This document shows, piece by piece, positions 26,615 to 40,965 of a DNA stretch of 64,000 nucleotides. Position 1 is the stretch's first letter. Each line of letters opens with the position of its first letter. The stretch covers positions 8,775,492 through 8,839,491 of the forward strand of contig NC_068994.1 in the NCBI RefSeq assembly GCF_001194135.2, read 5' to 3'. The DNA is from Octopus bimaculoides. Its lineage: Eukaryota. Under the pieces are notes generated by a model. It was not told where the DNA came from. It saw nothing but the letters and a program-made list of their open reading frames with translations, and searched no databases. A program made the position numbers and the translations under genes.

Positions 26615-27634
26615 NNNNNNNNNNTTTTTTTTTTTTTTGTTTTGTTTTCTTTTTTCCGTTCTGCTCCAGGTCGGCTCTGAACAAGAAAATCTGAGATCAA
26701 AGTCATCGTAGTCATGAACATTAAACCCGAATTTCTTCCTTGATCATCAAAAACATCATCGTTCAATAAGCTGATGCTTTAAAAATCAGTCAAAAAGGGG
26801 ACGACCTGAAGCTAATTCGAGTAATATTTCTTGTGGTTCGTGTGGCCTCCTACAGATTTTCATAGTTTAATGAATTTTACTCAACAGATTTCTTTCTGGC
26901 AGTGAGGTGGCAGAACCGTTAGCACACAGCAAAACATGCTTTGCGGTATTTCGTTAATTTTTAGGTTCTGAGCTCAAATGTCACCGGGGTGGACATTGTA
27001 TTCCATGCTTTCCCAGGAAATACTGGCTTTGAACCAAAATTTAAAACTGATACATATAACTCTGTAAGGCAGCGTACTGGCGGAATCGTTAGCAGAATGT
27101 GTTTGTGTGTGTGTGAGCGTGTGTGTGTGTGTGAAGAACGTAGCTACCACATGTCGGACCTCCCATATCTATCAATATATTCGTTTTAGAAACGATAAAA
27201 TTGCATTTTTCATCGATTAAGTGCTGGTAAGAAATCATACACTGTTAGCGGATTAGAAGCTCATGATGTATGCTGGATTAAATCGAATTATTTTCGAGAC
27301 AAATCGATCAAATACGATTTGATTGGCAGGCCTGCTACAGTAATTCAATAGCAACTTCACTCAAGCTTCTACAGTTCGAAATTGCCAGGGAGATAAGTAT
27401 TAAATTTCATGAGCAAATACATACGTACTTACGTACAAACACGAACAGTTACATGCACTCACGTACGCATGCACACATACGCGCGCACACAAACACAAAC
27501 GCATACACACATACATATTTATAAATATATAGCTATTGACATATAGTGGTCGATACATAAATAAATAAACACACACAAACTGTGGACATATTTCAACGCA
27601 AATAATATTTGACATTTAAACATACACACAAACA

Positions 27635-27821
27635 CTATACATATATATATATATATATATGTGTATGTATGTATATATATATATATGTGTATGTATGTAT
27701 ATATATATATATATATGTGTATGTATGTGTATGTATGTATATATATATATATGTGTATGTATGTATATATATATATATGTGTATGTATGTATATATATAT
27801 ATATGTGTATGTATGTGTATG

Positions 27822-27879
<58 letters not shown>

Positions 27880-27900
27880 TATATATACACATATATATTA
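27635..27900. repeat. Higher-order (TA)n-TGTGTATGTATG compound microsatellite
   Basis: Direct reading; recurring units of roughly 26-36 bp. Confidence 0.9.
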
Positions 27901-28104
27901 TATATATAGATAAATACATAGATGTAGATGTAATCACTATATATATATATATATATCGATATATAAATATTATTTCTAGAGACAGGATTGCTCATATTAA
28001 ACGAAATGAGAAAGTCTCCGATCGCTTAAATAAATGATTGAAATACAGCGGCGAGTCTAACTTGTCCTTCTGACGAAAGATGAGTACAAAAAATGAACCA
28101 TAAA

Positions 28105-28237
28105 CTTTTAATCGTCCTTCAATGTATGAAAGGCAAAGTCAACAGCATCGGGATTTGACCTCAGAACATAAGAACGGACGAAATACTGCTAAGCATTACG
28201 ACCGGTGTGCTAGACATTCTGCCAGTTCGCCGCCTTT
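28105..28237 (-). mobile_element. SINE family A fragment
   Basis: GAAAGGCAAAGTC...CAGAAC...TTCTGCCAGTTCGCCGCC. Confidence 0.7.
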
Positions 28238-30496
28238 ATATCAAATTAAAGATTAACAACTAATATTTCGAGTCATAATTGATACATTTCATTTGTAACA
28301 GTTGTACAGCAGACGGTCTTTATATACAGTTTGGTGCCCAAACTTTGATGCAGATTATACGTGGTGGCCTATGATATATGTTATTTCATTAACAGAGGCA
28401 GGTTGAAATGATAGACTCTTCTCAAGCAAGATATATACTCTGAATGAATCTGAATACCATAAGGTGTGTTTTTCTGTCATTTCCCTGGGAGATATATTCA
28501 CCGAAAAGAATAGTCTATACTTGCCGACCTTTCTTTCATTGACCTCGTTCATTCTGACGGATGAATGGAAAACTTGAACTCGATAGGATTTCAGATTTAG
28601 AACTTACGACGTAAGTATGTATTTCATGTTATTTTGTCTGACGTTTTACCAATAACACTTCTTTTCATACAATATATAATTATTATTTTGTTCATTTTGT
28701 AGAAGGCAAGTAGAAAAAACAAACGAATAAAAGAATGTCAATGGAATACGACTCACAGTTTTGGCTGAGAAAAGTGTCGCTTTTCATTTAAGCGCTATAA
28801 ATAATGGTTAAAGAAATTACATAATATTTTAAGTAAGATATCAACAGATAATACATGACTTGTATACAATAGCAACACAATTTGTACAATGTCATTACAC
28901 GTATGTTAACATAAAGGTGAAATCAATGTTATTCAATGAAACAACGGAATCCTCCACCACCAAATCCAAACAAGTAATTTATGGAAGGTTTCCGTTACGT
29001 TGGCCTTTTTCTCGTGATATTTACTTTTTTTCTCTCTCTCTCTCTCGATTCGAACATAGTGTTACCAATTTACAACAAAGTTTAATAGATTTGTATCGTT
29101 CTCTAGTGTATTACAAACACATTTCTGTCTCACTTTCGCTGGCGTAAAACATACAAGTAAACACGATACGGGGCATGGACACAGAAGCAAGATCTCAGTA
29201 TTTCAATTATTCAACCAAGTAGAGGCTGTTATTGGTTATTCCCTACCCCGTTATTGTCCATATATGTTGTAAAATGGTAGAACCATTCGGTTGTCTGACA
29301 GCTTACCTTGCTGTATGTGTTACGTGCAACTTTAAACACTGTTTCATCCAATCAGAATCGATGAAGTGCCTTTGAATTACTTCTCTCTCCTGTCCTTCTC
29401 GCCCCTTCTTTTTCCTCCTGCCTCTCTTTCTCGGAATCGGCAATGTTGTGCCGTGAGAAGAGTTGCAGGCGAACAAAATGTTTCTTTTTCCCAAAACGAT
29501 GTCGAATTGAGAGGAGGAGGAAAAGCCATGAAATGTGTTGCGGGATCATCTCTCAACACGTTCCTTTTTCACAGAAATAATCAAAAGTTTAGTGAAGAAG
29601 GACAGCAACAGCTTGTCATATAAAAACAAAAATACTATATCCACTGTAAATGTCCATGATCAGCCCTATGTGCGGTAAACCAAATAGCAGAAATTAATAA
29701 CAAGAAATGGTTTATATAATATAATTTTAAAAGTTTAAACAATAACAAATATTTCAGCATTCCACCATTCCTCGACCCACTGCATAATATTCTCCGACAT
29801 TTAGTCACACAGACTGACGTTTAGATTAAACTGGTAAATCAGATTAATTCGAAGAAATTGTTTTCTTTTGTAATTATTATAACAGGAAACTTTTCTGAAG
29901 AATATTTAATTTAAATATAATCTAAAGAATCTGAAATGAAATAACTGTCAGCATTTCTCTCGCAGGTATGAATTAATTCAGATAGAATGTGTGGAGCATT
30001 ATCATAGTCAATCAACAGAGAGTATATTAGGATGTAGAAGGAATTAGAGTTACAGGAAATAAATGTCACGTTTAATTTAAATGCCATTTATAATAATTTC
30101 AAGTCATGTAACAAATATTACTTTAAGTTAGGGAATTAAAAGTTTTACTACTAAGGATTCAATTTATTTAAATATATATAAACTGCCCCACGGACCCTTG
30201 GTTTTAAGTAGCCGGCTTAATTAACTAACACGCACGTTTGCTTCATTTTAATCACTCAAATGAGATACGTGTACACATGAGTAAATATGTGCTTGACTAA
30301 TTACACTGAACACTAAACCCTTTAAAAAATTCGCAATTCCTTTCACGGATCACTCACAACTAACATTTACGTTGACGCTCAACAAACCTCGGACCGGAAT
30401 ATTAAAACCGCAGGTCTTATTGATCTCTTAAATAACAGTACAAGACACAATTACAAATTATATAATATGGAAGATATGTAAAAACACAAACAAACA

Positions 30497-30599
30497 AAAG
30501 TCGGCCTCGGAGGAATTTGAACTCAGAACGAGGCGGCAGACGAAATAGCTCTAAGCCTTTCGCCCGGCATGCTAACGTTTCTGCCAGCACACCACCTTG
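30497..30599 (-). mobile_element. SINE family A head fragment
   Basis: GGAATTTGAACTCAGAACG...GCTAACGTTTCTGCCAGC. Confidence 0.75.
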
Positions 30600-31428
30600 A
30601 ACGCAATACATATTATGTTAAGCTTGGTACTTATTCTTTATCATCACAGTTTGTTGAAGCGCTTTGTTACAAGAACGTAAACAAACACAAACAAACAGGT
30701 TATAAGAGCAATGAAACTATAAACAATTAAATAAGGTGTCGGCTGATTATATGAATAAGAAGTTCCGGTCGTAATGAAGCAGTTTCAGTATCAATCTTAC
30801 TATATGGCTCCTTGGGCAATTATCATTCCTTGAAACCCCGGATTGATTTACGCATTTGAGAAGCCTGTCCTATGCTCGTTTATGTCTGCATTTCCACACA
30901 TGAAGACCGGGCTAGAGATTCGGCAATATGGCTGAGAAAGTAAGTACCAGAAATGAGTGAAACAATTAAAAAACTAAGTTATTTAATAAATATTTTCTGT
31001 GATTTTGTTAAAATTCCGGGTTATTCCCTTCAAATTGGAGAGAGAACTATTTTATACACACTCTTAAAGATTCAAAGTTGTGTACATATTCTATGATCGA
31101 GCATGATACCAAAAATAATATAGTTCCCTATGAAAACTGAGAACGTACTTCGGCAAAAAATGCAGTATTGCCGTTATGATTATGTTGTTAAAATTCAGAT
31201 CAGTCCCGATCAAACAAACCAATGATTATCGAACTTCCAGATATTTTAAACTACATGATTACATTATCGAAAGTATAAATTATTATTATTATTTTGCAGA
31301 AAGATGCGATTTGATATAAGGTTATCATTAGATCGTCTGGGAAAGAAATTTCATCATTATAATGTGAAAAATGTACTTTTACAAAACAATGAGAATTTTA
31401 ATAAAGAAAAGAAGAATGTTGTTGTTCA

Positions 31429-31770
31429 TGATGATGACGGTGATGATGATGACGGTGATGACGATGACGGTGATGACGATGACGGTGATGACGATGACGG
31501 TGATGACGATGACGGTGATGACGATGACGGTGATGACGATGACGGTGATGANNNNNNNNNNNNNNNNNNNNNNNNNNNNNNNNNNNNNNNNNNNNNNNNN
31601 NNNNNNNNNNNNNNNNNNNNNNNNNNNNNNCGGTGATGATGATGACGGTGATGATGATGACGGTGATGATGATGACGGTGATGATGATGACGGTGATGAT
31701 GATGACGGTGATGATGATGACGGTGATGATGATGACGGTGATGATGATGAGGGTGATGATGATGATGGTA
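31429..31770. repeat. 15-bp minisatellite (GATGA(C/T)GATGACGGT)n spanning a gap
   Basis: Direct reading; produces the GDDDD and VMTMT pseudo-ORFs. Confidence 0.95.
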
Positions 31771-32818
31771 GCGATATTTTGTGCGAAGAAGAGCTGATCG
31801 AGCAGAACTAAGATCGATAATATTCCAACCGTGACCATGCCGCCTTTATTTTTGGATATAATGAGGTCCTATGTGACCATTATGCAAACCATTCTCCCTA
31901 CATTCAGTTGGTAAATAACTGACGAGCTGGAAGGCTTTTTTTTTTTTGTTGAGCGACTATGTGGTAAGAAGCTTGATTTCCAGCCACATGGTTCCGGGTT
32001 CAGTCCCAATGAATATTTTTTTTTTATAGCATCGGGTGGATCAAATTGTTGTGAGTGGATTTTGAAGCCCTTCAGATAAAAATTACACAAAGTGATTTAA
32101 ACGACATTTCACTGCAGTTACTAGCAGGTCGAGTATATTTTTGGTGATTGAAAGATGGCAGTGAAAAGCTCATTTCTTGACTTATATTCCAATGAATTTT
32201 TACTGCTGCAATACATGTAATCATATATTTTATTCATTTTTTTTTTCAACGAACTGCTTTCAGCTCAAGTTGCATATATATTTTGAGGAGCTTAATAATA
32301 GTATAGTCCTTAGAGATGCATTATGTGCGTATCAATGTAAAATTGCAGTTCTCTCAATAAAAAGTAAGCGAATACTATAAATCTTGGGAGTAAAGTAAGT
32401 AGTATAGAAAGCGATTCCTTTTATATGGTTATAACGTAATAGATTTCTCATATGTGTGTGTGTGTGCATGTGTGTAAGTGGATGTGTATATATGGGTATG
32501 TGAATATGGGTGTGTATATGTATATATGTGTATGTGTAGTGAGAGAGAGAGAGAGAGAAAGGGAGTAACGCATAGTAACGGGAGAGTTAGAGAGAGGTGC
32601 ACACTTTGGGCATACACGCATACACACTGATCATTGCTTTCTCTTTTTCTCTCATCTCTGAATATATATATATATATATATATATATGTAAATATATTTA
32701 TATATATATGTATGTAGACATAGATATATATATATATATAGACTTATATATATGGATATATATACACCTATATAAATATATATACATGTATATATGTGTA
32801 TATATATACGTATAAATG

Positions 32819-32862
<44 letters not shown>

Positions 32863-33349
32863 TACGTATCGACGCACACATATACTGTTAGGCTATATCA
32901 AATACCATGCAAGCCAAATTCATGATTTATTGAAATTATCTTCCATTCGAGAGACTAGCAAAGGAAAGCCTTGCATGAATTTCGTTCGACTCTATGGGAA
33001 GAGGGAAGAAAATCTCAAGAAGAACCGCTTCTCTTAAATTAAAAAGTCATTAAGCAAATAAGATCTCGGTTCTTGAAAAGAAACAGACAACTGTCGACAT
33101 GTATTGCTGCAACAAGATTCCATCATCAGTACAACGATCTGCCTACAGCAGCTGTGAGGCTTAGACATAAAATTTGATTTCATCACATTTTGGTTTTATG
33201 TACTTGAACAAAAATAAGGAAAGAGAAATCAATGAGTTATCAGTAACTTGAGTATATATTTGTTGTTTTATATTTTATTTGTTTAATCATTGGACTGTGG
33301 CAATCTTGGGACACCGCCTTGAAGAAACGACCCCGCAACATATTCTTTT

Positions 33350-33675
33350 CTCTTCAAGGCACAAGGCCCGAAATTTTTGGTGAGGAAGCCAATCGATTAG
33401 ATAGACTCCAATGAGCAACTGTTAAGCATTTCGGCCAACGTGCTAACGTTTCTTATTTCTTTATTGTGCACAAGGGGCTAAGCCTAGAGAGGACAAACAA
33501 GGACAGACAAAGGAGTTAAGTCGACTAGATCGACCCCAGTGCCTAACTGGTACTTAATTCATCGACTCCGAAAGGATGAAAGGCAAAGTCGACCTCGGCA
33601 GAATTTGAACTCAGAACGAGACAACAGACGAAATACCATTAAGCGTTTCACCCGGCCAGCTGACAGCCTTCACCG
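33350..33675 (-). mobile_element. SINE A dimer (internally deleted host plus full insert)
   Basis: Junction AACGTGCTAACGTTTCT|TATTTCTTTATTG at 33437-33466; B-box revcomp GAATTTGAACTC at about 33601. Confidence 0.75.
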
Positions 33676-33825
33676 CAGAACATATGTTATTTTTATTTTG
33701 TCGTCTCTGTTCGTGGAAATATACCGACGAAGCGTTGAGGGGGGAGCATAAAGACACACAAAAGAACAAACTCAGACACACAGACACACATACATGTGTG
33801 TGTGTGTGTGTGTGTGTGCGCGTGT

Positions 33826-33857
<32 letters not shown>

Positions 33858-34284
33858 TCTGATAGTTCATCATTGTACCAGAATCAAATGAATTGTTCCT
33901 TTGATCCATTGGATCATCCAGTGCAGTATTTCCAATACCTGCAACGATGAAACGTGCGCATGAACTAAATGTGTCTACGAGTGTTTCTCTTAATTTCCAT
34001 TAAGTATGCTCAGTATATCGTAACTAGTAGTATTGGTAAGTGAAGTAATCGGCTAAGCACTATACTAGAAGCCGACTGATAATGAAAATTTACCTAGAGC
34101 TGTAAGTAGGTTATTGTTAAAAAAAAAAAAATATCGAACGTGGAGAATGCGGAGAAAGCAAACCGTAGACATGTGACGGATGTCGATGCAGAACTCTGAG
34201 TGCATCCATGAATGAGTCTAAAGATAGGCAGGAGAACAGAGCCAGAGATAGAGAGAAGAAGAAGAAGAAGAGAGCGCGAGGGAA

Positions 34285-34320
<36 letters not shown>

Positions 34321-34433
34321 TGTGTGTGTGTAGGAGAAGCATATGTATGCGTGAGAGAAGGATAAACAAGTGTGAGAACGCGAAAAAACGGTGAATAATC
34401 ATTTGATTACACGCTGCTTTCATTTAGGTACAT

Positions 34434-34478
<45 letters not shown>

Positions 34479-34923
34479 NNNNNNNNNNNNNNNNNNNNNN
34501 NNNNNNNNNNNNNNNNNNNNNNNNNNNNNNNNNNNNNNNNNNNNNNNNNNNNNNNNNNNNNNNNNNNNNNNNNNNNNNNNNNNNNNNNNNNNNNNNNNNN
34601 NNNNNNNNNNNNNNNNNNNNNNNNNNNNNNNNNNNNNNNNNNNNNNNNNNNNNNNNNNNNNNNNNNNNNNNNNNNNNNNNNNNNNNNNNNNNNNNNNNNN
34701 NNNNNNNNNNNNNNNNNNNNNNNNNNNNNNNNNNNNNNNNNNNNNNNNNNNNNNNNNNNNNNNNNNNNNNNNNNNNNNNNNNNNNNNNNNNNNNNNNNNN
34801 NNNNNNNNNNNNNNNNNNNNNNNNNNNNNNNNNNNNNNNNNNNNNNNNNNNNNNNNNNNNNNNNNNNNNNNNNNNNNNNNNNNNNNNNNNNNNNNNNNNN
34901 NNNNNNNNNNNNNNNNNNNNNNN

Positions 34924-34958
<35 letters not shown>

Positions 34959-35656
34959 TTGTGTTTGTCTGTACGTATATGTATGCGTTTCCAGTTGTTC
35001 GGTAGATGAAATGTTATATAATGCGTATAATCACACGCTGTTTACAGTTCGGTCAATAGATATATATGTCATGTATACACACACGATTACAGATGCATGT
35101 ATATGCATACTTACAATCATAACCCCCACCTACCCGTATATATATATATATATACATATACATACATTTAAGTGCATGTTATGTATATATTTTACATGCT
35201 TGTATTCCATAGTTTTCTATAAATAAATATATATATGTGTGTGTGTGTTTGTGTGTGTATGCATGCATGTACCTATGCAGGTTAGAACACGTGCATTTGT
35301 TGTTTACAATTGCAGGCACATTTTCAAAAGTGTATAAATGCATGACAGTCCTTGATCTTATGTGTGCTTAAAGGTCCACACACATGCGCGCATAATCTTT
35401 CAAACGCATCGACTGCGCACATGCACACACAAACACAAGACTAAAGCAAAGATTATGTATAAAACCCGAAATGGAGATTAACATTACTCGTTGCATTAAA
35501 TGGGCACCAGATAAAATAGATTAATGTACATTATGTATACGTTTTGTGCATATAATATACATCTTTGCATATATGCCGGCGCACAAACACAAACACACAC
35601 ACACACATATATATACATATATATATACTTACACACATGCTTATATATATGTATGT

Positions 35657-35688
<32 letters not shown>

Positions 35689-36244
35689 ATGTTTATATAT
35701 GTATATATGCATATGTATATATATGCATATATGTTTATATATATATATATATGCATGCTTCACGTTTACACGATATAGATAAGGGAGAGAAAGAGATGAA
35801 GTGAAAGAGAATAAATACGGATACATTTGAGTGCAGGTTGTGTGCAGCCTGCGTGAGTGATGAATAAAAGCATTCCACCTGATGGTGATATGATTCAGTC
35901 AGAATTCCGTGGAGCGTATTTTAAATAACTAAGATTTAAAAAAAAAAGATACTAATACCAAATATTATTTATTTCGGGGAAGAATGTTATCGTTATAAGG
36001 CCTGAGATTTTTCGGGGAAGGTCTAGCTGATTACATTGAACCCGGCTTGATGAAAGGATGAAGGGTAATGACTACATCAACGGATGGGTCATCTGTTCAG
36101 ACAACATTCATTTGATTGAAGAAACGAGCTAATATTCCACACATACATTCGATCACTTTAAACAAATCATTTGTGCCGGTTACTCGGCAAAAGCTGAGCA
36201 TCCATACGACGTTTACGATAGGAGAGTCCATCATATATACATAT

Positions 36245-36319
36245 GTGAGAGAGAGAGAGAGAGAGAAAGAGAGACAGAGAGTGAGTGAGTGAGTGAGTGA
36301 GTGAGTGAGTGAGTGAGTG

Positions 36320-36357
<38 letters not shown>

Positions 36358-36367
36358 CGTGCGTGCG
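36245..36367. repeat. Compound (GA)n(GAGT)n(GT)n microsatellite
   Basis: Direct reading. Confidence 0.95.
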
Positions 36368-37327
36368 AATGCACAGATGCAAATATGCAATGTAAGAGAT
36401 GTACTAAAGACGTTGTATTTATAGGTTCACTGTTTATGTTATATGCAAATGCCACAGCTCTGAATAATCTCATTGCTTATTAGCTATTTATGGAACGGTT
36501 TCGTTACGGTGTACCACTGTTTACGATTTATGATGTATGCCATACTACAAATCTGTCTGACATTCTGTGTTTGACTGCACTTCTTATCTGGAAAACTCTC
36601 TTCCTCTTTCCCAAACACACACATATATATGTATATATATATATTTACGCATATATACATGTTTATCTACGTATACACAGATTTATACTTATGTATAAAT
36701 ATAAATATACATATGTGAGACCGTGTGAGTTTCTGGGTGTGCGTGTACACTTTCCGTTACAGAGACAAGGCCTCACAAACATCATCTTTACCATCATATT
36801 CGCATGCTTAAGACATGCAATAAATTCAGTGCTCACGTTAAAGCAATGTTTGCGTATATGTATAGCATACATACATTTTTAGCATTCAGTCTGACACATA
36901 TTACATTTTATTATGCCTAAAAATCACTGTGGAATAGTGTTGGANNNNNNNNNNNNNNNNNNNNNNNNNNNNNNNNNNNNNNNNNNNNNNNNNNNNNNNN
37001 NNNNNNNNNNNNNNNNNNNNNNNNNNNNNNNNNNNNNNNNNNNNNNNNNNNNNNNNNNNNNNNNNNNNNNNNNNNNNNNNNNNNNNNNNNNNNNNNNNNN
37101 NNNNNNNNNNNNNNNNNNNNNNNNNNNNNNNNNNNNNNNNNNNNNNNNNNNNNNNNNNNNNNNNNNNNNNNNNNNNNNNNNNNNNNNNNNNNNNNNNNNN
37201 NNNNNNNNNNNNNNNNNNNNNNNNNNNNNNNNNNNNNNNNNNNNNNNNNNNNNNNNNNNNNNNNNNNNNNNNNNNNNNNNNNNNNNNNNNNNNNNNNNNN
37301 NNNNTATATATATATACATATATATGC

Positions 37328-37373
<46 letters not shown>

Positions 37374-37904
37374 ATGCACGTACGTATGTGTATGTGTGTG
37401 ATATACCCTTATAGCTCTTCACTGGCACTTGGCAAAGAGCACAAGTGTCGTATTCATACTATATATATGTAACACCCACACCAGACCTGTTTTTGTTTTG
37501 TAGTGAGGTGAAAATTCATTAATTGAATATGATTGTCTTTGTGATAATTCTGTTGTTAGAGCATCAGAAGATCATGATTATAATCTTGTCGCAAATTGTT
37601 TTTGTATCCAACAATACAGACTAAGAAGCAAAGATTAAATCAGGTTGCTGTCTGGAGTTGTTGACGCAAAAATATTACCTAACGGCAACATATCTTGGTT
37701 AATTCTTTGAACGTTTTCTTTTCAATATAGCGAATCTGTTTGATATTTTGAGAGCTGATTAAAATATGTCACTGCCTTTATGCAATAAACAACATACCAT
37801 ATTGTCGCATACGTACAAGCAATTTATGTTTCAGGTAAGCAACAATTAACATTTTCTACACCTTTTGATATCTCAAAATCCATCAGTGTTACGCATACTG
37901 GTTT

Positions 37905-38360
37905 CAAAGTTTAGCACAGGGCCAGCAAGTTCGGGGGAGAGGAAAAGTCGATTGCATCGACCCTACGACTCATCTATTACATATTTTATCGATCCCGAAA
38001 TGGATGAAAGGCAAAGTCCTCGTCGGCGGAATTTGAACTTCGAACGTAATCCCGGACGAAATACTCCTATGTATTTTGCCTGGCGTGCTAACAATTCTTA
38101 TTTCTTTATTGCCCACAAGGGGCTATAGAGAGGACAAACAAGGACAGGCAAAAAGATTAAATCGATTACATCGACCCCAGTCCGTAACTGGTACTTAATT
38201 TATCAACCACGAAAGGATGAAAGGCAAAGTCGACCTCGGCGGAATATGAACTCAGAACGTAACGGCAGACGAAATACTGCTAAGTATTTCGCCCGGCGGG
38301 CTAACGATTCTGCCAGCTCACCACCATGCGGCGTGCAAGCAATTCTGCCAGGTAGTCGTC
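37905..38360 (-). mobile_element. SINE A nested in the head of an older SINE A
   Basis: Host body 37905-38098, insert 38099-38325; 15/17 TSD GGCGTGCTAACAATTCT (38082-38098) vs GGCGTGCAAGCAATTCT (38330-38346), followed by the host head remainder GCCAGGTAGTCG. Confidence 0.85.
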
Positions 38361-40251
38361 CTACAACATGGTACATATTGTGAAATATTCTCAACAACAC
38401 CATATCGTCTTAGTTATGTTCCTCGAGTGTTTTTGCTTTCTACAGTAATTTACCCGCTCAAGCTAATCACTGGAGGAAAGATTATCCCTAGTTGGAGAGG
38501 AAAATGTCACGCAAACTCCTTTAGCTCTCTTATTTTGCCCCTGACTAATTCATACTAAGACAGAAACCGAAATCGTCTTTTGATTTGCTACGAACGTAAA
38601 ATTTCCTGAAAATCGATTGCCAACTGCTTTCCATCGTATCGATTTGTCACCATGAAACAGAACCACCTATTATTTTTAATGCTGGGGTGTAGACGATTAG
38701 GTCAACCGCAGTCGATCACTCATACTTATTTTACAGAAGAATGAAGGATTAAAGCTAAAGTAGAAATTAGCAATATTTAAAATTAACGTTCCGAAATTGT
38801 AAGTATCGATTTCTAATATATATGCACAATATCTGGAACAACTGTATAATCGATAGTATTGAACTTGATAATATAATGCTACTTATTTTATCGATCGTCA
38901 AGGTATGGTTGTTTAAGTTGATTCTTGCAGCGTTTCAACTTGGAATGTAAAGAAATGTATCTAGACACTGGAAGCTCCCAAGACCTCTTTTAATCTATCT
39001 GCTTTGAATTCAGACATAACTGCAGGTTCTCAAATTTGGAACATTGAATATTTGATAATATCGACCCCACATCATGCCTTGTTACATAATTTATCTCCCC
39101 TGAAATCATAAAATTAAAAGATGACCCCAGTAGATTCGAAATTAGAATATAAATTATGGCAACTAGATATCACGTGGTATTTTCTCAGAGGTGCTCAGGA
39201 TTCTGCTAGTTCATTGCTTCTGCAAATCGTGAGACATATTAGCGACAATCTTCGACGTTTTAGTATCCATGAAGATATAATAGACATTAATAGAACTCTG
39301 TTAATTTCGTTAGGTGTATAGAGGTTTGAAACTGCAAATGGGAATGATTAAAGGGAATTGACAATTTCCCTTACCTTAATTATGTGTTTATATCTAACTT
39401 CAAATGATTAATCAATTGTCCGTTTTGGCTGAATACAAATCTACGAGATGAAAGTTCCTTAGATATGTTAACTATCAACTGAATCGGACTATAGTAACGT
39501 TTATATCCATAATGAAATACACAGGGAACAATGGAAACTTCATTTTCATGTAGTACAGCCTATTACAGCGTTTCACCTTACAAGTATGTACTTGTGTAGA
39601 AAGTGTATCTTGTTGTTGATGCTGGTTATCCCTAGATCAATCATGGTTGAACAGACATATAATCAAAGAGATTCCAGCTAAGACAAGTCTGTATTTTACA
39701 TAGGGGTATATTTACAGAAGTTCGCTTCTCAACCATGAGGTGTCGGACTCGATTCCACTCTATGGCATCATGAGCAAGAAGTGTCCGCTCGACCCAAGAG
39801 TATTGAATGATATTGCATTCACAGGGCAGACTGTACCCTGTAAATCCAACGTTCGACGAAGTCACAATATATTACTTTGAGTATCCTTGAGAATCATCTC
39901 AACAGTTCCTGAATCTCTTGGAAATTCAGCCACTGAGGTGGGAACTTTTTTGTTTTTGTTTTTTAGTTTTTCAGTTGAAATTAATCTGAGCGCTCACACA
40001 TCGAAACCAATGGAGGCATCTATCAATCAACATAATATGTAGTTCTACTTTAAAATAAGACATGTGTTTCGAGGGAGATTTGGCTGCGCAAAAATCATTG
40101 GAAGTCTGTATTTATACATTCTAATAACGGGTACATTGAAAATATATATATNNNNNNNNNNNNNNNNNNNNNNNNNNNNNNNNNNNNNNNNNNNNNNNNN
40201 NNNNNNNNNNNNNNNNNNNNNNNNNNNNNNNNNNNNNNNNNNNNNNNNNNN

Positions 40252-40286
<35 letters not shown>

Positions 40287-40302
40287 TGAATATATATGTA
40301 TC

Positions 40303-40335
<33 letters not shown>

Positions 40336-40965
40336 GATGTGATTGTGTGTGAAATAATGAAAATAAAACTGATCTTAACATGTAGATCTCGGGAATGTGT
40401 GTGTGTGTTTGTGTGTGTGTTTGTATGCATGCATGTATGCTTCAAGTTGAAAGTAAAACGATCTTAACATGCAGATCTGTGGATAGACACCGACAGAATT
40501 GAGTAATCAATCAGCCTTTGGTAGCTCGAAAATGTCTATTTGCATTAGCTTTGTGGAAAAAAAAAAACGGATTTAGGGCGGTGGGAGTCGGAGGCTTTGG
40601 TGCGGCGTGAGAAAGATTCTTGTATGTCTTAAATGTCTTAAATCATCATACCTTTGTCGCTGTACAAACTAGACAAACATATTATGCTTTTATATAACAG
40701 AATTAACAAATAACCTGACAATTGTATGAAGCTTTTGTTGTTATTACATATACATTGCTATTCGGTGAGAGGGCAGGGTTATTGGAGCGTTGGAAATATC
40801 CCATGTCTTTATAGTCTAAGTTCAAATTCCGCCATGGCAAACTTTGCATAACGTAATTTTAAGTCATGGTAAATTCATGCGTTTTTAGATTCCATCTAAT
40901 TTCTCGGCCAAATTTATGGAAATAGCAACCAAATCTACCTTTAATCATTTTCTAATATCTTTAAT

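Noticed and set aside
30750-30830. Possible RTE fragment (SILLYGS)
   Set aside because: Only a few residues match; too short to call.
31304-31838. Acidic GDDDD-repeat protein
   Set aside because: Translation of a 15-bp minisatellite; open in several frames.
33860-34000. Minus-strand frame KLRETLVDTFSSCARFIVAGIGNTALDDPMDQ
   Set aside because: Preceded immediately by a stop, has no convincing acceptor, and runs into (CA)n.
37680-37750. LRR-like peptide QIRYIEKKTFKELTKI between an AG and a GT on the minus strand
   Set aside because: The only open frame ends in TAG at the donor, and the LxLxxN part of the motif is missing.
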